A stretch of DNA of 64,000 nucleotides from an uncultured Planctomycetia bacterium (GTDB taxonomy: Bacteria > Omnitrophota > Gorgyraeia > 2-02-FULL-51-18): NCBI GenBank assembly GCA_964606485.1, contig CAZSGP010000001.1, positions 225,085 through 289,084 on the forward strand, written 5' to 3'. The position numbers and the translations under genes are program-made. Position 1 is the first letter of the stretch; the number at the start of each line of letters is the position of its first letter. Below the pieces are notes generated by a model. It had not been told where the DNA came from and did not search any database. It saw only the letters and a program-made list of their open reading frames with translations. Positions 46,734 to 56,736 of the stretch are shown piece after piece.

Positions 46734-47204
46734 ATGTTAGAGGGAGCGCGGCACTTACAGAATATTCACCCGCTTGTGATTCATTTTCCCATCGGGCTTC
46801 TGATGGGGGCTGCGCTCTTTTATTTTGCGGCATGGATTTTTAAGAAAGACGATCTTGCCAAGACAGGGTTCTGGGTGCTTTTACTCGGAGCCCTGTCTTT
46901 GGCGGTCGCCGTAGTAACAGGGCTTTATGCCGAGCAAGGAGTCATGGTCCACTTGTCGGTCAGAGACAAGATTCTTTCCCCCCACAAGAATTTCATGATT
47001 GCTACGGCAATCCTATGCGTGATGGCAACGCTGTGGGCCCTAATCCAAAGACCATTCCCAAAAAAAGGTAGGATTCTTTTTCTTTTATTGCTCTTAGCGA
47101 TGGTAGGCGCAATGACTCTTGGTGCGGACTTCGGCGGGAGACTCGTGTATGACTATAACGCCGGAGGAAATGCTTGCCCGCAACCAATCAAGTTTAAATT
47201 ATAG
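46734..47204 (+). CDS. 4-TM membrane protein (DUF2231-like), paralog 1.
   Basis: 'HPLVIHFPIGLL' N-terminal motif, shared with the next gene. Confidence 0.45.
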   Translation: MLEGARHLQNIHPLVIHFPIGLLMGAALFYFAAWIFKKDDLAKTGFWVLLLGALSLAVAVVTGLYAEQGVMVHLSVRDKILSPHKNFMIATAILCVMATLWALIQRPFPKKGRILFLLLLLAMVGAMTLGADFGGRLVYDYNAGGNACPQPIKFKL

Positions 47205-47226
47205 ATAAATTGTAAGCGGAGGACAC

Positions 47227-47793
47227 ATGTCTGAATTACTTGTGAGTGTGAAATGGGGTCTTGAAGGGGTTAAAGAGCTTATGAACGTTCACCCTCTTTT
47301 TACCCATTTTCCAATTGCTCTTCTTTTGTCTTCTCTAGGCTTTTATCTTTTGGGATTAGTATTTAAAAAAGAACATTTTTTGAAAACCGGGCAATGGACG
47401 CTTTATTTTGGGACGCTTGGATCGGCTTTCGCTGTCTGGACAGGGTTACAGGCAGGAAGTACCGTGCCTCATGATGATACGACTCATACCATGATCTTGG
47501 CGCATCAGTATTTAGGGATTACAGTGCTTGTGTTGAGTGCTCTTTTAAGCATTTGGCTTCTTGTATCAAAATCAAGTCTTCCGAAAACCAAGCCTGTTTT
47601 TGTAGGAGGATTATTCTTGATTGCGATTATTCTCCTTCAGCAGGTAGATTTTGGGGGACGTCTTGTTTTCTTCCACGGCGTGGGAATGGGACGGAAGAGT
47701 TTTGTGCTTAAAGACAAGACCCCTTCTACAATAGTAGGAATGGACGAGGTAATGCAAACGGAACATCACGAGCATGGGCAACACGCTCATTAG
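47227..47793 (+). CDS. 4-TM membrane protein (DUF2231-like), paralog 2, with a His-rich C-terminus.
   Basis: 'HPLFTHFPIALL'. C-terminus 'TEHHEHGQHAH'. Confidence 0.45.
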   Translation: MSELLVSVKWGLEGVKELMNVHPLFTHFPIALLLSSLGFYLLGLVFKKEHFLKTGQWTLYFGTLGSAFAVWTGLQAGSTVPHDDTTHTMILAHQYLGITVLVLSALLSIWLLVSKSSLPKTKPVFVGGLFLIAIILLQQVDFGGRLVFFHGVGMGRKSFVLKDKTPSTIVGMDEVMQTEHHEHGQHAH

Positions 47794-47826
47794 AGGTAGG
47801 CTTATAGAAGGGTAGAGGTCTAACTT

Positions 47827-48459
47827 GTGACAGAGCAGAATACTTTAAACTCACAACATTTGGCAAAAGTAGACGATGCGGGGGAAGATTGGTCGGTTTA
47901 TGCCAAGTTTGAAAAAGGTGATAAAGCGGCATTTCACCAGCTGTTTGATCGATACAAGAACAGGATTTTTAATCTTTCTTATCGTTTTGTTAAAAATGCC
48001 GCGACAGCTGAGGATATCGCGCAAGATGTCTTAATCAAAATCTATGAAAAAAAGGTCGAATTTCGTCCAAACACTAAATTCTCAACATGGATTTACCGTG
48101 TAACTGCGAACGCCTCTTTGGATCACATAAGAAAGAAGAGATTCTCCGGATTCTCGTTGAATCAGCCAATGGGTAATAACGAGGAAGAGGATGCGACTCC
48201 TGTCTTGGAAGTCATCGGAAACACAGATTTAGGTTCGCCATCCAAGGAATTAGAGAAAAAAGAGCTCAAGACAGTTGTAGAAAATGCCCTTCAGGCGCTG
48301 CCTGAGCGCCTAAGAGTCCCGATCATTCTTTTTCAATTCGAAGAAAATTCCTATCAGGAAATTGCTGGCATTCTCCAGATTTCAGTAAAAGCTGTTGAAC
48401 GCAGGATTTACCATGCAAAAGAGATTCTCCGGGATAAATTGTCCAAAAATCTCTCATAA
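47827..48459 (+). CDS. ECF-family RNA polymerase sigma-70 factor.
   Basis: Region 2 ('FHQLFDRYKNRIFNLSYRFVKNAATAEDIAQDVLIKIY'). Region 4 HTH ('YQEIAGILQISVKAVERRIYHAKEILRDKL'). Confidence 0.8.
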   Translation: MTEQNTLNSQHLAKVDDAGEDWSVYAKFEKGDKAAFHQLFDRYKNRIFNLSYRFVKNAATAEDIAQDVLIKIYEKKVEFRPNTKFSTWIYRVTANASLDHIRKKRFSGFSLNQPMGNNEEEDATPVLEVIGNTDLGSPSKELEKKELKTVVENALQALPERLRVPIILFQFEENSYQEIAGILQISVKAVERRIYHAKEILRDKLSKNLS

Positions 48460-48568
48460 GTCTTTTATTTTGATACAGATAAAATTTGTGGGGGTTTGAG
48501 AGAAGTTGAACGTTTAAATAAGTGGAAGCATTAAGATGAAACAGAAGGTTTAAACGGAGGATGCAGCC

Positions 48569-48784
48569 ATGAAAAAGATAGTCAGTGTAATGGGGCTTTT
48601 AGCGATGATAGCAACTTCAGCTTATGCTGTAGAAAGCGCGGGGACCGCGAAGCTATCGATCATTCAGTTCTCGGAAGCGCCTGAAAATCGGGGTATTCAC
48701 GGGCGGTTACTGGAAAGAAGGTACGAGGAATATAGGAACGGTCGCTTCGCCGTTACCACGCTGGATACAGCGCATTTGAGATAA
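48569..48784 (+). CDS. Small secreted hypothetical protein.
   Basis: RBS ggagg. Signal peptide 'MKKIVSVMGLLAMIATSAYA'. Confidence 0.3.
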   Translation: MKKIVSVMGLLAMIATSAYAVESAGTAKLSIIQFSEAPENRGIHGRLLERRYEEYRNGRFAVTTLDTAHLR

Positions 48785-49283
48785 TGCGCGTTAAGACAAA
48801 ATCTTGGGCTTGAGGATCGAGTGTTTGGATTCGGTCCAAAAGTCCAAGAGTGTTTTGGATAAAGAGTTTGAAATCAGCTGTTTCGGGACAGCAAGATGAA
48901 GCCTTCTCAAGTAAGGCCCGAGATTTTGGGATGTTCTTTTGATAGAGATATAAGCAGGCTAGATTGTAGGCGGCCTCGGAATCATTGGGGTTCAAAGCTA
49001 ATAGTTTTTCAAGGCAAGTCATTGCCTCAGTAAAGTTTTGGGTTGAAAAATGCGCAACAGCCAAATTGAAATAGACATCTTTAAAGTACGGATCTAGCGA
49101 GAGCGCATTCTTATAAGCTTCTATGGCAGCAACGGCTTGACCGTTTCTTAGGAGCTGGTCCCCTGAAGACTTAAGGGTTGTGGCGCTTATTGCTGATTCC
49201 TGCGCGCCAGAAGCTGATGATAGACCTATCGATAAGACGCCTACAAGGACCACCAGTTGAACTAAGGGTTTTTTAAGTTTCAT
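48753..49283 (-). CDS. Secreted TPR-repeat protein.
   Basis: Signal peptide. About 3 TPR units. Confidence 0.6.
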   Translation of the reverse strand: MKLKKPLVQLVVLVGVLSIGLSSASGAQESAISATTLKSSGDQLLRNGQAVAAIEAYKNALSLDPYFKDVYFNLAVAHFSTQNFTEAMTCLEKLLALNPNDSEAAYNLACLYLYQKNIPKSRALLEKASSCCPETADFKLFIQNTLGLLDRIQTLDPQAQDFVLTRIISNALYPAW

Positions 49284-49392
49284 ATAAAAACTATAGCCTA
49301 TGGTTGTTACGGGTGGGTAACGGGGGAATTAAGAAATTTTTTAGGGGGTTTGCGGGTTCTGGTGCGTTTCATGGGTAGGTGAAGGGGGAAGG

Positions 49393-49899
49393 GTGATATC
49401 AATGAAAAAGCTCTGCGGGCTGGACAAAAAAGAATTGATGAAATGGGTCGACGGGGCTCTTGACGGCAATAAAGCGGCGATCGTTTCTGGGCATCTTAAA
49501 GGATGCGTCTCGTGTCGCCAAGAGGAAGAAGCCATTCATCGTTTAAACGGGCTTTTACGAAGTCCTCAAGAGAATATCGAGGTTTCGCGAGGTTTTGAAA
49601 CCGTTTTTTGGTCAAAAGTTTCCGAGCGGCAAAGTTTACCGTGGCTTGAAAGACTACTGAATAGTCTTGAAGCTTTGGTCCCTACGCCAAATTTCAGGCA
49701 AGCCGTTGCGTTCTCGATCTTAGCATTTTTTATCGGAAACATAGGCGGATTTGGTTGGGAGCTTGGGCAAGGTGCTTTTGCCGCAACATCTCCGGCGTCC
49801 ATCCGTCATTTTTCAGGTTTACAGGAGTTTAAAGGCATTTCGTCTTCTTCACTAGCTGCAACTTATTTAACGGCAGTCCAAATCGAGGGTTCTAAATGA
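49393..49899 (+). CDS. Putative zinc-finger (zf-HC2) anti-sigma factor.
   Basis: 'HLKGCVSCRQ' H-x3-C-x2-C. A mid-protein TM ('AFSILAFFIGNIGGFGW'). Downstream of the ECF sigma. Confidence 0.5.
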   Translation: MISMKKLCGLDKKELMKWVDGALDGNKAAIVSGHLKGCVSCRQEEEAIHRLNGLLRSPQENIEVSRGFETVFWSKVSERQSLPWLERLLNSLEALVPTPNFRQAVAFSILAFFIGNIGGFGWELGQGAFAATSPASIRHFSGLQEFKGISSSSLAATYLTAVQIEGSK

Positions 49900-50363
49900 A
49901 AAAATTACTCCTCTTCACAGTGATCGTGTCCGCCGTGACTTTGGGGGGACTCTGGAGCGGTAAAAAATTCTGCAGCATGATGTCGATGCCAGGGCGTTCC
50001 AGCCAAGCTATGTATTCTGAGATGGGCTTGGACGCTTCTCAGACAGAGTCCGTGAGAAAGCTTGAAACAGCTTTTCGTAAAGAGGTGGATGCCCTTTGTA
50101 TGCGAATTTGTGAAGAGCGCGTGGATCTCCTTAAAGAGATCAAAAATAAACGCATCAGTCATGAAGCCATCGACAAAAGAGTGGAGGAGATCGGTCAACT
50201 TCAAATTTCTCTCGAGAAAAAAGTTATTTCTCATATTCTCCAGGTGGATAAGGGCCTGACGCCTTCCCAAAGCGCCGCGTATCTCGAAAGGATTTATCAG
50301 AGACAGTGTCAGATGGCTGCTCAAAGCGGGTACGGTGAGAATCTTAATAAGATGAAAGAGTGA
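49896..50363 (+). CDS. Periplasmic Spy/CpxP/ZraP-family (LTxxQ) protein.
   Basis: Signal peptide. 'LDASQTESV' and 'LTPSQSAAYLERI' LTxxQ motifs. Confidence 0.55.
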   Translation: MKKLLLFTVIVSAVTLGGLWSGKKFCSMMSMPGRSSQAMYSEMGLDASQTESVRKLETAFRKEVDALCMRICEERVDLLKEIKNKRISHEAIDKRVEEIGQLQISLEKKVISHILQVDKGLTPSQSAAYLERIYQRQCQMAAQSGYGENLNKMKE

Positions 50364-50366
50364 AAA

Positions 50367-50699
50367 ATGAACACCACAATCACTGATACTATTGATCTCT
50401 GGCGGCGCTTAGGATTGGAAGAGCTGTATGAGCAAGTCCGCAAGACGGAAGAGGCAACTCAAGCTTTCGGCCAAACGCTTAAGAGTCTTCCTAAGTGCAA
50501 GAAGTGTGCACGTTCGATGCTTCTCCTCGGACTTCAAGAATCTGGCGACAAACTTAGTGTGCAACTTATCAGTCTTGGAATATTATCTTCTGCTCTCAAA
50601 GATGCGGTTGCGGCTGCGGAGAAAGCTTGCGCAGACATGGGGCAAAACGCGTCATCGCCGTGCTGCTGTGCAGGAGAGCCTTGCATGTGTCACGACTGA
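50367..50699 (+). CDS. Small Cys-rich protein (C-terminus 'CCCAGEPCMCHD'), possible cytoplasmic metal-binding protein.
   Basis: ORF with RBS. Cys cluster at the C-terminus. It overlaps only the non-native 5' extension of the next ORF. Confidence 0.4.
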   Translation: MNTTITDTIDLWRRLGLEELYEQVRKTEEATQAFGQTLKSLPKCKKCARSMLLLGLQESGDKLSVQLISLGILSSALKDAVAAAEKACADMGQNASSPCCCAGEPCMCHD

Positions 50700-50715
50700 C
50701 CGGGGGAGAATTTCA

Positions 50716-52008
50716 TTGAAAAATAAAATAAAAGTTATATTTTTTGGGACGTTGTTTGTTTTGTCCAATGCTTTTGCGGCAAGTGAAAATATTACACTTC
50801 CGAAAGCAGTCGATGTAGTGAGCCTTCATGGTCTTGTTAACGATGCGCTTACAAAGAGTCCCGCCATTCAATCCAAAAAATCGCAGTATGAAGCTCTTCG
50901 GGCAAAAGTTATCAAGGCATGGCTTCCTGAAGACCCGATGGTCGGTGTTGACGTTGAGGGACAGCCGGAACTATTCAAGACGGGCGAGAGAATGAATTAT
51001 GAGTATATGGTTACGCAATCTGTTCCTTTTCCGACAAAACTTATTCTTAATGGGGTCATTGCTTCTAAAGAAGCCGACATGGCCTACCAGATGTACAAAG
51101 AAGAAGAGCGGGCTGTCGCTTGGAGAATAGAGCAGCCCTCTTATCAGCTTTTTTTGTCAAAGCGGACTCTCTTGGCGCTCAAAGAGAACAAGCAGCTCCT
51201 AGACCAGCTCTCCGGCATTGTCAGATCCCGCTATGAGGCTAACAAGACAGATCAATCGGACTATCTTAAAGTGAGGATCGAACTCGACCAAATATCGATT
51301 GAAATATTCGATTGGCAGCAAAAGTCCCACATCGCGGAGGCTGCGGTTTCAAGGCAGTTGAATAAGCCTTTGGATACCGCCTATCCGGTTAAAGAGCAGC
51401 TTAAACGTGTTCCGTTTTCTTTGACGCTTCCCGAGCTTGAAAAGATCGCTTTAGAAAAAAGACCTGAGCTTAAATCATTTGAAGTTGGCGTGGAACGCGC
51501 CAAAGCCTCAAGGCTTCTTTCCCAAACTGAATGGCTTCCGGACATTACAGGAAGAATTGAAGCAAGAAAATTCAACGGAGAGGATGAAATCCGTGAATAT
51601 GACAACTTTATCGGTTTTTCGGTGCCGGTCTGGTCGCTTTTAAAGGGGATCGGCGGGGGATGGGCAAGCGCTAAAAAGGATGTCGATGCTGCCCAATACC
51701 TGTATGCCGATATGAAAAACGAGACTCTTTTTAGGGTTTATGAGGCTTATGCCAAATTTGAATCTGCTCAAAATGCTCTCAATACCTATGAAAGCAGTAT
51801 TTTGCCCACCGCTAAACAGCAAGTGGATATCGCGATTTCATCCTACGAAGCAGGAAGGACCGATATTTTGAATCTCATAGACGCACAAAGAACTTTTAAA
51901 AATACTCAAATCGGCTATTACAAAGCCATGTCCGATTACGAGATGGCTTTGTCCGACCTTCGGCTCGTCGTTGGAGACGATTTGAAGAACGAGGGAGAAA
52001 GCGCATGA
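50716..52008 (+). CDS. cusC: Outer-membrane efflux protein (CusC/TolC family).
   Basis: The signal peptide begins at in-frame TTG ('LKNKIKVIFFGTLFVLSNAFAA'). OEP architecture. Operon with CusB and CusA. Confidence 0.75.
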   Translation: MKNKIKVIFFGTLFVLSNAFAASENITLPKAVDVVSLHGLVNDALTKSPAIQSKKSQYEALRAKVIKAWLPEDPMVGVDVEGQPELFKTGERMNYEYMVTQSVPFPTKLILNGVIASKEADMAYQMYKEEERAVAWRIEQPSYQLFLSKRTLLALKENKQLLDQLSGIVRSRYEANKTDQSDYLKVRIELDQISIEIFDWQQKSHIAEAAVSRQLNKPLDTAYPVKEQLKRVPFSLTLPELEKIALEKRPELKSFEVGVERAKASRLLSQTEWLPDITGRIEARKFNGEDEIREYDNFIGFSVPVWSLLKGIGGGWASAKKDVDAAQYLYADMKNETLFRVYEAYAKFESAQNALNTYESSILPTAKQQVDIAISSYEAGRTDILNLIDAQRTFKNTQIGYYKAMSDYEMALSDLRLVVGDDLKNEGESA

Positions 52009-53369
52009 AAATAAAGAAGGGTATTATTTTTATATTGATTGCCTTGGCCGTAGCTGGAGGAGTTGCGGTTGTTTTTCTGAATAAATCAAACCCCGCCGCA
52101 AATCATGCTCAGGCTGTTTATTATTGCCCAATGCATCCCACCTATACGTCCGACAAATCGGGAGATTGCCCGATCTGCAATATGAAACTTGTGAAGCGTG
52201 AAAGCGTTGAGCCATCAGTAGAGAAAGGTAATCCTCAGAAAGCGGAAGATATTTGCTACATGCACAATTGCCCAATGATGAAAAAGGGACAGAAGTGCCC
52301 AATGATGGTTATCGCCAAGGCCGGAGAGGCGGTTTCCTGCCCTGTTTGTGGTACGCACGTGGCTGAAGCAGGCACAACTGCCTCTGCAAAAAAGATTCTT
52401 TATTGGACAGATCCCATGATGCCTGGTTACAAGGCAGATAAGCCTGGGAAATCACCGATGGGCATGGATTTAGTCCCTGTCTATGACGAAACAGTCATGG
52501 AATCAGCGTCTGGGAGTTCTGTGCCTTCGGGGTACGCGCCGATTCTCGTCACACCGCAAAAGCGTCAATTTATTGGCGTTCGAACGGCAAAAGTTGAAAA
52601 GCGTGTGATCTCAAAGACGATACGTGCTGTAGGCCGTATTGCCTATGATCCTGAACTCTATCAAGCCGAGCAGGAATATATCTCGTCTACCCGGGCGTGG
52701 AAAGAGGCTGAAAAAAATACAAATCCTGAAGTCGAAGTAAATACCAAACGTCTTGTGGAATCAAGCCAAATGCGCCTTAGACTTCTCGGATTAAGCAAAG
52801 AACTGATTGATGAAGTTGCCACCTGGGATGGTCCTGACAAAAGTCTTCTATTGACTGACCCAAGCGGCAAGGCATGGCTTTATGCGCCGATCTATGAATA
52901 TGAATTGCCTTTGGTGAAAGTTGGTCAAACAATTTCAGTCGAGACTTCAGCGACCCTTGGGAAAACCCTGACCGGCACGATCCGTTCCATTGATTCGGTG
53001 TTTGATCCTATGACGCGTACCGCAAAGGTGAGGGCTGTTCTTACTGATCCTGATGGCGGTTTAAGGCCTGAAATGTTTGTGAATGCTTCGATCGCCGTAA
53101 ATTCCGGAGAAGTGCTCGCCATCCCAGAAGAGGCTGTTTTCAATACAGGAACAAAGCAAATCGTTTTTGTCGACAAGGGCCAAGGTATTTTCGAGCCTCG
53201 TGACGTAAAAGTAGGTTTCAAAGCGGATGGATTTTACGAATTAAAAGAGGGTGCTGTGGAAAGCGAGTCTGTTGTCACCAGCGGAAATTTCCTAATTGAT
53301 TCAGAAAGCCGGTTAAAGGCGGCTTTGGATGGGATGGGTGAAGGCGGTGGACACCAACATGGACAGTAA
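52005..53369 (+). CDS. cusB: Membrane-fusion protein (CusB-like) with an N-terminal CPMHP...CPxC metal-binding domain.
   Basis: 'YYCPMHPTYTSDKSGDCPICNM'. Additional Cys/Met motifs 'CYMHNCPMMKKGQKCPMM'. MFP beta-barrel C-terminus. Confidence 0.8.
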   Translation: MKIKKGIIFILIALAVAGGVAVVFLNKSNPAANHAQAVYYCPMHPTYTSDKSGDCPICNMKLVKRESVEPSVEKGNPQKAEDICYMHNCPMMKKGQKCPMMVIAKAGEAVSCPVCGTHVAEAGTTASAKKILYWTDPMMPGYKADKPGKSPMGMDLVPVYDETVMESASGSSVPSGYAPILVTPQKRQFIGVRTAKVEKRVISKTIRAVGRIAYDPELYQAEQEYISSTRAWKEAEKNTNPEVEVNTKRLVESSQMRLRLLGLSKELIDEVATWDGPDKSLLLTDPSGKAWLYAPIYEYELPLVKVGQTISVETSATLGKTLTGTIRSIDSVFDPMTRTAKVRAVLTDPDGGLRPEMFVNASIAVNSGEVLAIPEEAVFNTGTKQIVFVDKGQGIFEPRDVKVGFKADGFYELKEGAVESESVVTSGNFLIDSESRLKAALDGMGEGGGHQHGQ

Positions 53370-56300
53370 TTCAGAACACCCATCGCTTAAACGCGGTGGG
53401 GTGATTGAAAAAATTATCGAGTTTTCAGCCCACAATAAATTTCTGGTGCTTATTTTTGTAGCTGTGGCACTTGGTTGGGCCGTTTGGGCGATGAAAAATG
53501 TGCCACTCGATGCCATACCGGATTTGTCCGACACGCAGGTTATTATCTACTCTCGGTGGGATCGAAGCCCGGACATTATTGAAGATCAGGTGACATACCC
53601 AATCGTGACGGCGATGCTGGGGGCTCCTCGCGTCAAAGCAATTCGTGGCTTTTCCGATTTTGGATTTTCTTATGTATATGTCATTTTCAAAGATGGAACG
53701 GATATCTACTGGGCCAGAAGCCGCACAATCGAATATTTAAGTAAAATTACACCGCGACTGCCGGAAGGAGTCCGCACCGAAATGGGACCTGATGCCACCG
53801 GTGTCGGGTGGGTGTTTCAATACGCGCTGGTGGACACTACTGGCAAAAATGATCTTCAGCAGTTAAGAAGTTTTCAAGACTGGTATCTCCGGTACTATCT
53901 TCAGAGCGTTCCTGGCGTCGCCGAAGTCGCCTCTATTGGAGGTTTTGTCAAACAATACCAAATCACCATTGATCCAAATCGATTAGTTGCTTATAACATT
54001 CCTCTTACCAAAGTAGTTGAAGCCATTCGGCAGTCCAACCAGGAGGTTGGTGGGCGGCTCTTGGAATTCTCCGGCGCTGAATACATGGTGCGAGGGCGAG
54101 GCTATGTCGAATCTGTACAAGACTTGGAGAAAGTCGTTGTTGGCACCGATCAAAAAGGAACGCCCATTCTTATTAAGAACGTCGGGTCGGTCGCATTGGG
54201 CCCTGATATTCGAAGAGGTTTGGCTGATCTTGATGGACAGGGAGACGTGGTGGGTGGCACCGTTATTATGCGCTCCGGCGAAAACGCTCTTAACGTCATC
54301 AACCGTGTGAAGGCGAAAATAAAAGAGATTGAGCCGTCTCTTCCTCCAGGCGTTAAATTAGAGGTTACGTATGATCGATCAGAGCTTATCCTTGAGGCAA
54401 TACACAACTTAAAAGAAAAGCTCATTGAGGAAATGATTATCGTTAGTATCGTGATCCTCATTTTCTTATGGCATTTTCCGTCAGCTGTCATTCCTATCGT
54501 CACAATCCCGATTTCAGTAATTCTGGCCTTTATCCCGTTTTATGGATTAGGTTTGACGTCCAATATTATGTCCTTGTCTGGTATTGCAATTTCAATCGGC
54601 GTTCTCGTGGATGGCGCGATTGTCGAAGTAGAAAATGCTTATAAACGTCTTGAGCAGTGGATCGAAGGCGGCCGAAAAGGGGATTATCATGTTGTTCGTC
54701 TCAATGCTTTGAAGGAAGTCGGTCCCTCCGTATTTTTTTCGCTCCTTGTGATCGCAGTGGCCTTCATGCCGATTTTTACGCTGATCGATCAAGAAGGCAG
54801 GCTTTTTAAACCACTGGCATGGGCAAAAAATCTTGCCATGGCAATTGCCGCGATACTCGCTATCACACTGGACCCGGCGATGCGAATGCTTTTTACCCAT
54901 ATGGAACCTATTCAAATTCGCTGGCCGTGGAAAAAGAAAATAGCCGCGCAAAGCCGTTCGGAAGCTATTGCTTCAAAAGTTGTCACCACTCTTGCCGTAG
55001 GAACCTATTACCAGGAAGAGAAACATCCGGTCAGTAAAGTTCTTTTCCGTGTGTACGAGCCTGCCTGTCGTTTTGTATTAAAGCATCGGAAAGGCACGAT
55101 CATTGCGGCTTTATTATTGGTTTTGAGCACTATTCCTGTCTATCTTAGTCTTGGCACGGAATTTATGCCTCCCCTTAAAGAAGGGGCGCTACTTTACATG
55201 CCGACAACTCTTCCCGGTATTTCTGTCACCGAAGCGCAAGCTCTCCTCCAAAAACAAGACCAGGTGCTAAAAAGTTTTCCCGAAGTCGAGCGCGTGTTCG
55301 GCAAATCGGGACGCATTGAAAGTTCCACCGATCCCGCTCCTTTTTCGATGATGGAAACCGTGGTTGTTCTTAAACCGGAAGAAGAATGGCGGAGAGTGAA
55401 ACGCTGGTACTCCTGGCTGCCCGATTGGATGGAGGCGCCTTTTCGTCCTTTTTGGCCGTGCCACATTTCATATGAACAGCTGATCGACGAAATGGATCAG
55501 TCGCTCAAAATCACGGGAGTCACCAACGCCTGGACGATGCCCATCAAAAACCGCATTGACATGTTGACCACGGGAGTCCGCACGCCGATTGGCATCAAAA
55601 TATTCGGTGCTGATGTCAAAAAGATTGAGGAACTTGGAACACATGTTGAGATGATTTTGAAAGATGTGAAGGGCACGAGGAGTATTTATGCCGAGCGGGT
55701 TGCTGGAGGTTATTTCGTTGATTTTAAGCTTAATCGCGATGAGATTGCGCGGTATGGATTGAGTGTCGCTGATGTCCAGATGGTGATCATGACAGCCATT
55801 GGCGGTGAGACCATCACGACGACCGTCGAAGGTCGCGAACGTTATTCCATCAATGTCCGCTATTCTCGGGAATTTCGTGATGATATCGAGAAGCTAAAGC
55901 GTGTGCTGGTGCCCACCGAAAGCGGCCAGCATATTCCGCTTGTCCAACTTGCGGATATACGGCTTGTCTCGGGCCCCTCAATGATTAGGAACGAAAATGG
56001 ACTTTTGGCAGGTTACGTCTATGTGGATATGGCGGGACGCGACATTGGCGGTTATGTGGAGGAAGCAAAAAAGATAGTCGCCAAAGAACTGAAACTGCCG
56101 CCCGGCTATTCACTCCTATGGAGCGGACAATATGAAAATATGATGAGAGTCAAGGAACGACTTAAAGTCATTCTCCCCCTTACAATTTTCATTATCTGCC
56201 TTTTGCTTTATATGAATACGAAATCTATCGTCAAAGCGGGCATTGTGATGCTCGCCGTACCGTTTTCGCTTATAGGGGCGGTTTGGCTGTTATGGGCTTT

Positions 56301-56727
56301 GGGGTATAACGTTTCGATTGCGGTGTGGGTGGGGATGATCGCGCTCATGGGGCTTGATGCCGAGACGGGTGTGTTCATGCTTTTATTTTTGGATTTGTCC
56401 TACCACGATGCGGTGGATAAGAAAAAAATGAGGAACGAAAAAGATCTTGAAGAGGCCATCATTCACGGAGCCGTTAAGCGGGTGCGGCCCAAAATGATGA
56501 CGGTAATGGCAGCGTTTATGGGACTTCTACCGATCATGTGGTCAACGGGGGCAGGCGCCGATGTCATGAAACGTATTGCCACTCCGATGGTGGGAGGACT
56601 CATTACCTCGTTTATGCTCGAGCTTCTGGTTTATCCTGCCGTCTACGCTATTTGGAAGTGGAAATTTGAGATGCGTGAAGGAAAAGCGGCGTGGGTTCTA
56701 AAGCAGAACGAAGTGGTGTCTTCGTAA
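53359..56727 (+). CDS. cusA: Heavy-metal efflux RND transporter (CusA-like).
   Basis: ~1120 aa RND pump. Met-rich HME/Cu-type features. The start was chosen at MDSNSEHP. Confidence 0.9.
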   Translation: MDSNSEHPSLKRGGVIEKIIEFSAHNKFLVLIFVAVALGWAVWAMKNVPLDAIPDLSDTQVIIYSRWDRSPDIIEDQVTYPIVTAMLGAPRVKAIRGFSDFGFSYVYVIFKDGTDIYWARSRTIEYLSKITPRLPEGVRTEMGPDATGVGWVFQYALVDTTGKNDLQQLRSFQDWYLRYYLQSVPGVAEVASIGGFVKQYQITIDPNRLVAYNIPLTKVVEAIRQSNQEVGGRLLEFSGAEYMVRGRGYVESVQDLEKVVVGTDQKGTPILIKNVGSVALGPDIRRGLADLDGQGDVVGGTVIMRSGENALNVINRVKAKIKEIEPSLPPGVKLEVTYDRSELILEAIHNLKEKLIEEMIIVSIVILIFLWHFPSAVIPIVTIPISVILAFIPFYGLGLTSNIMSLSGIAISIGVLVDGAIVEVENAYKRLEQWIEGGRKGDYHVVRLNALKEVGPSVFFSLLVIAVAFMPIFTLIDQEGRLFKPLAWAKNLAMAIAAILAITLDPAMRMLFTHMEPIQIRWPWKKKIAAQSRSEAIASKVVTTLAVGTYYQEEKHPVSKVLFRVYEPACRFVLKHRKGTIIAALLLVLSTIPVYLSLGTEFMPPLKEGALLYMPTTLPGISVTEAQALLQKQDQVLKSFPEVERVFGKSGRIESSTDPAPFSMMETVVVLKPEEEWRRVKRWYSWLPDWMEAPFRPFWPCHISYEQLIDEMDQSLKITGVTNAWTMPIKNRIDMLTTGVRTPIGIKIFGADVKKIEELGTHVEMILKDVKGTRSIYAERVAGGYFVDFKLNRDEIARYGLSVADVQMVIMTAIGGETITTTVEGRERYSINVRYSREFRDDIEKLKRVLVPTESGQHIPLVQLADIRLVSGPSMIRNENGLLAGYVYVDMAGRDIGGYVEEAKKIVAKELKLPPGYSLLWSGQYENMMRVKERLKVILPLTIFIICLLLYMNTKSIVKAGIVMLAVPFSLIGAVWLLWALGYNVSIAVWVGMIALMGLDAETGVFMLLFLDLSYHDAVDKKKMRNEKDLEEAIIHGAVKRVRPKMMTVMAAFMGLLPIMWSTGAGADVMKRIATPMVGGLITSFMLELLVYPAVYAIWKWKFEMREGKAAWVLKQNEVVSS

Positions 56728-56736
56728 GAGGATCTC

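Noticed and set aside
50428-50715. Annotated 5' extension of the cusC ORF (MSKSARRKRQ...) overlapping the Cys-rich small protein gene.
   Set aside because: The extension is Arg-rich and non-native, and it precedes a clear signal peptide that starts at the in-frame TTG at 50716. The true gene is 50716-52008, and the overlapping 110-aa ORF is more likely the real gene in that region.
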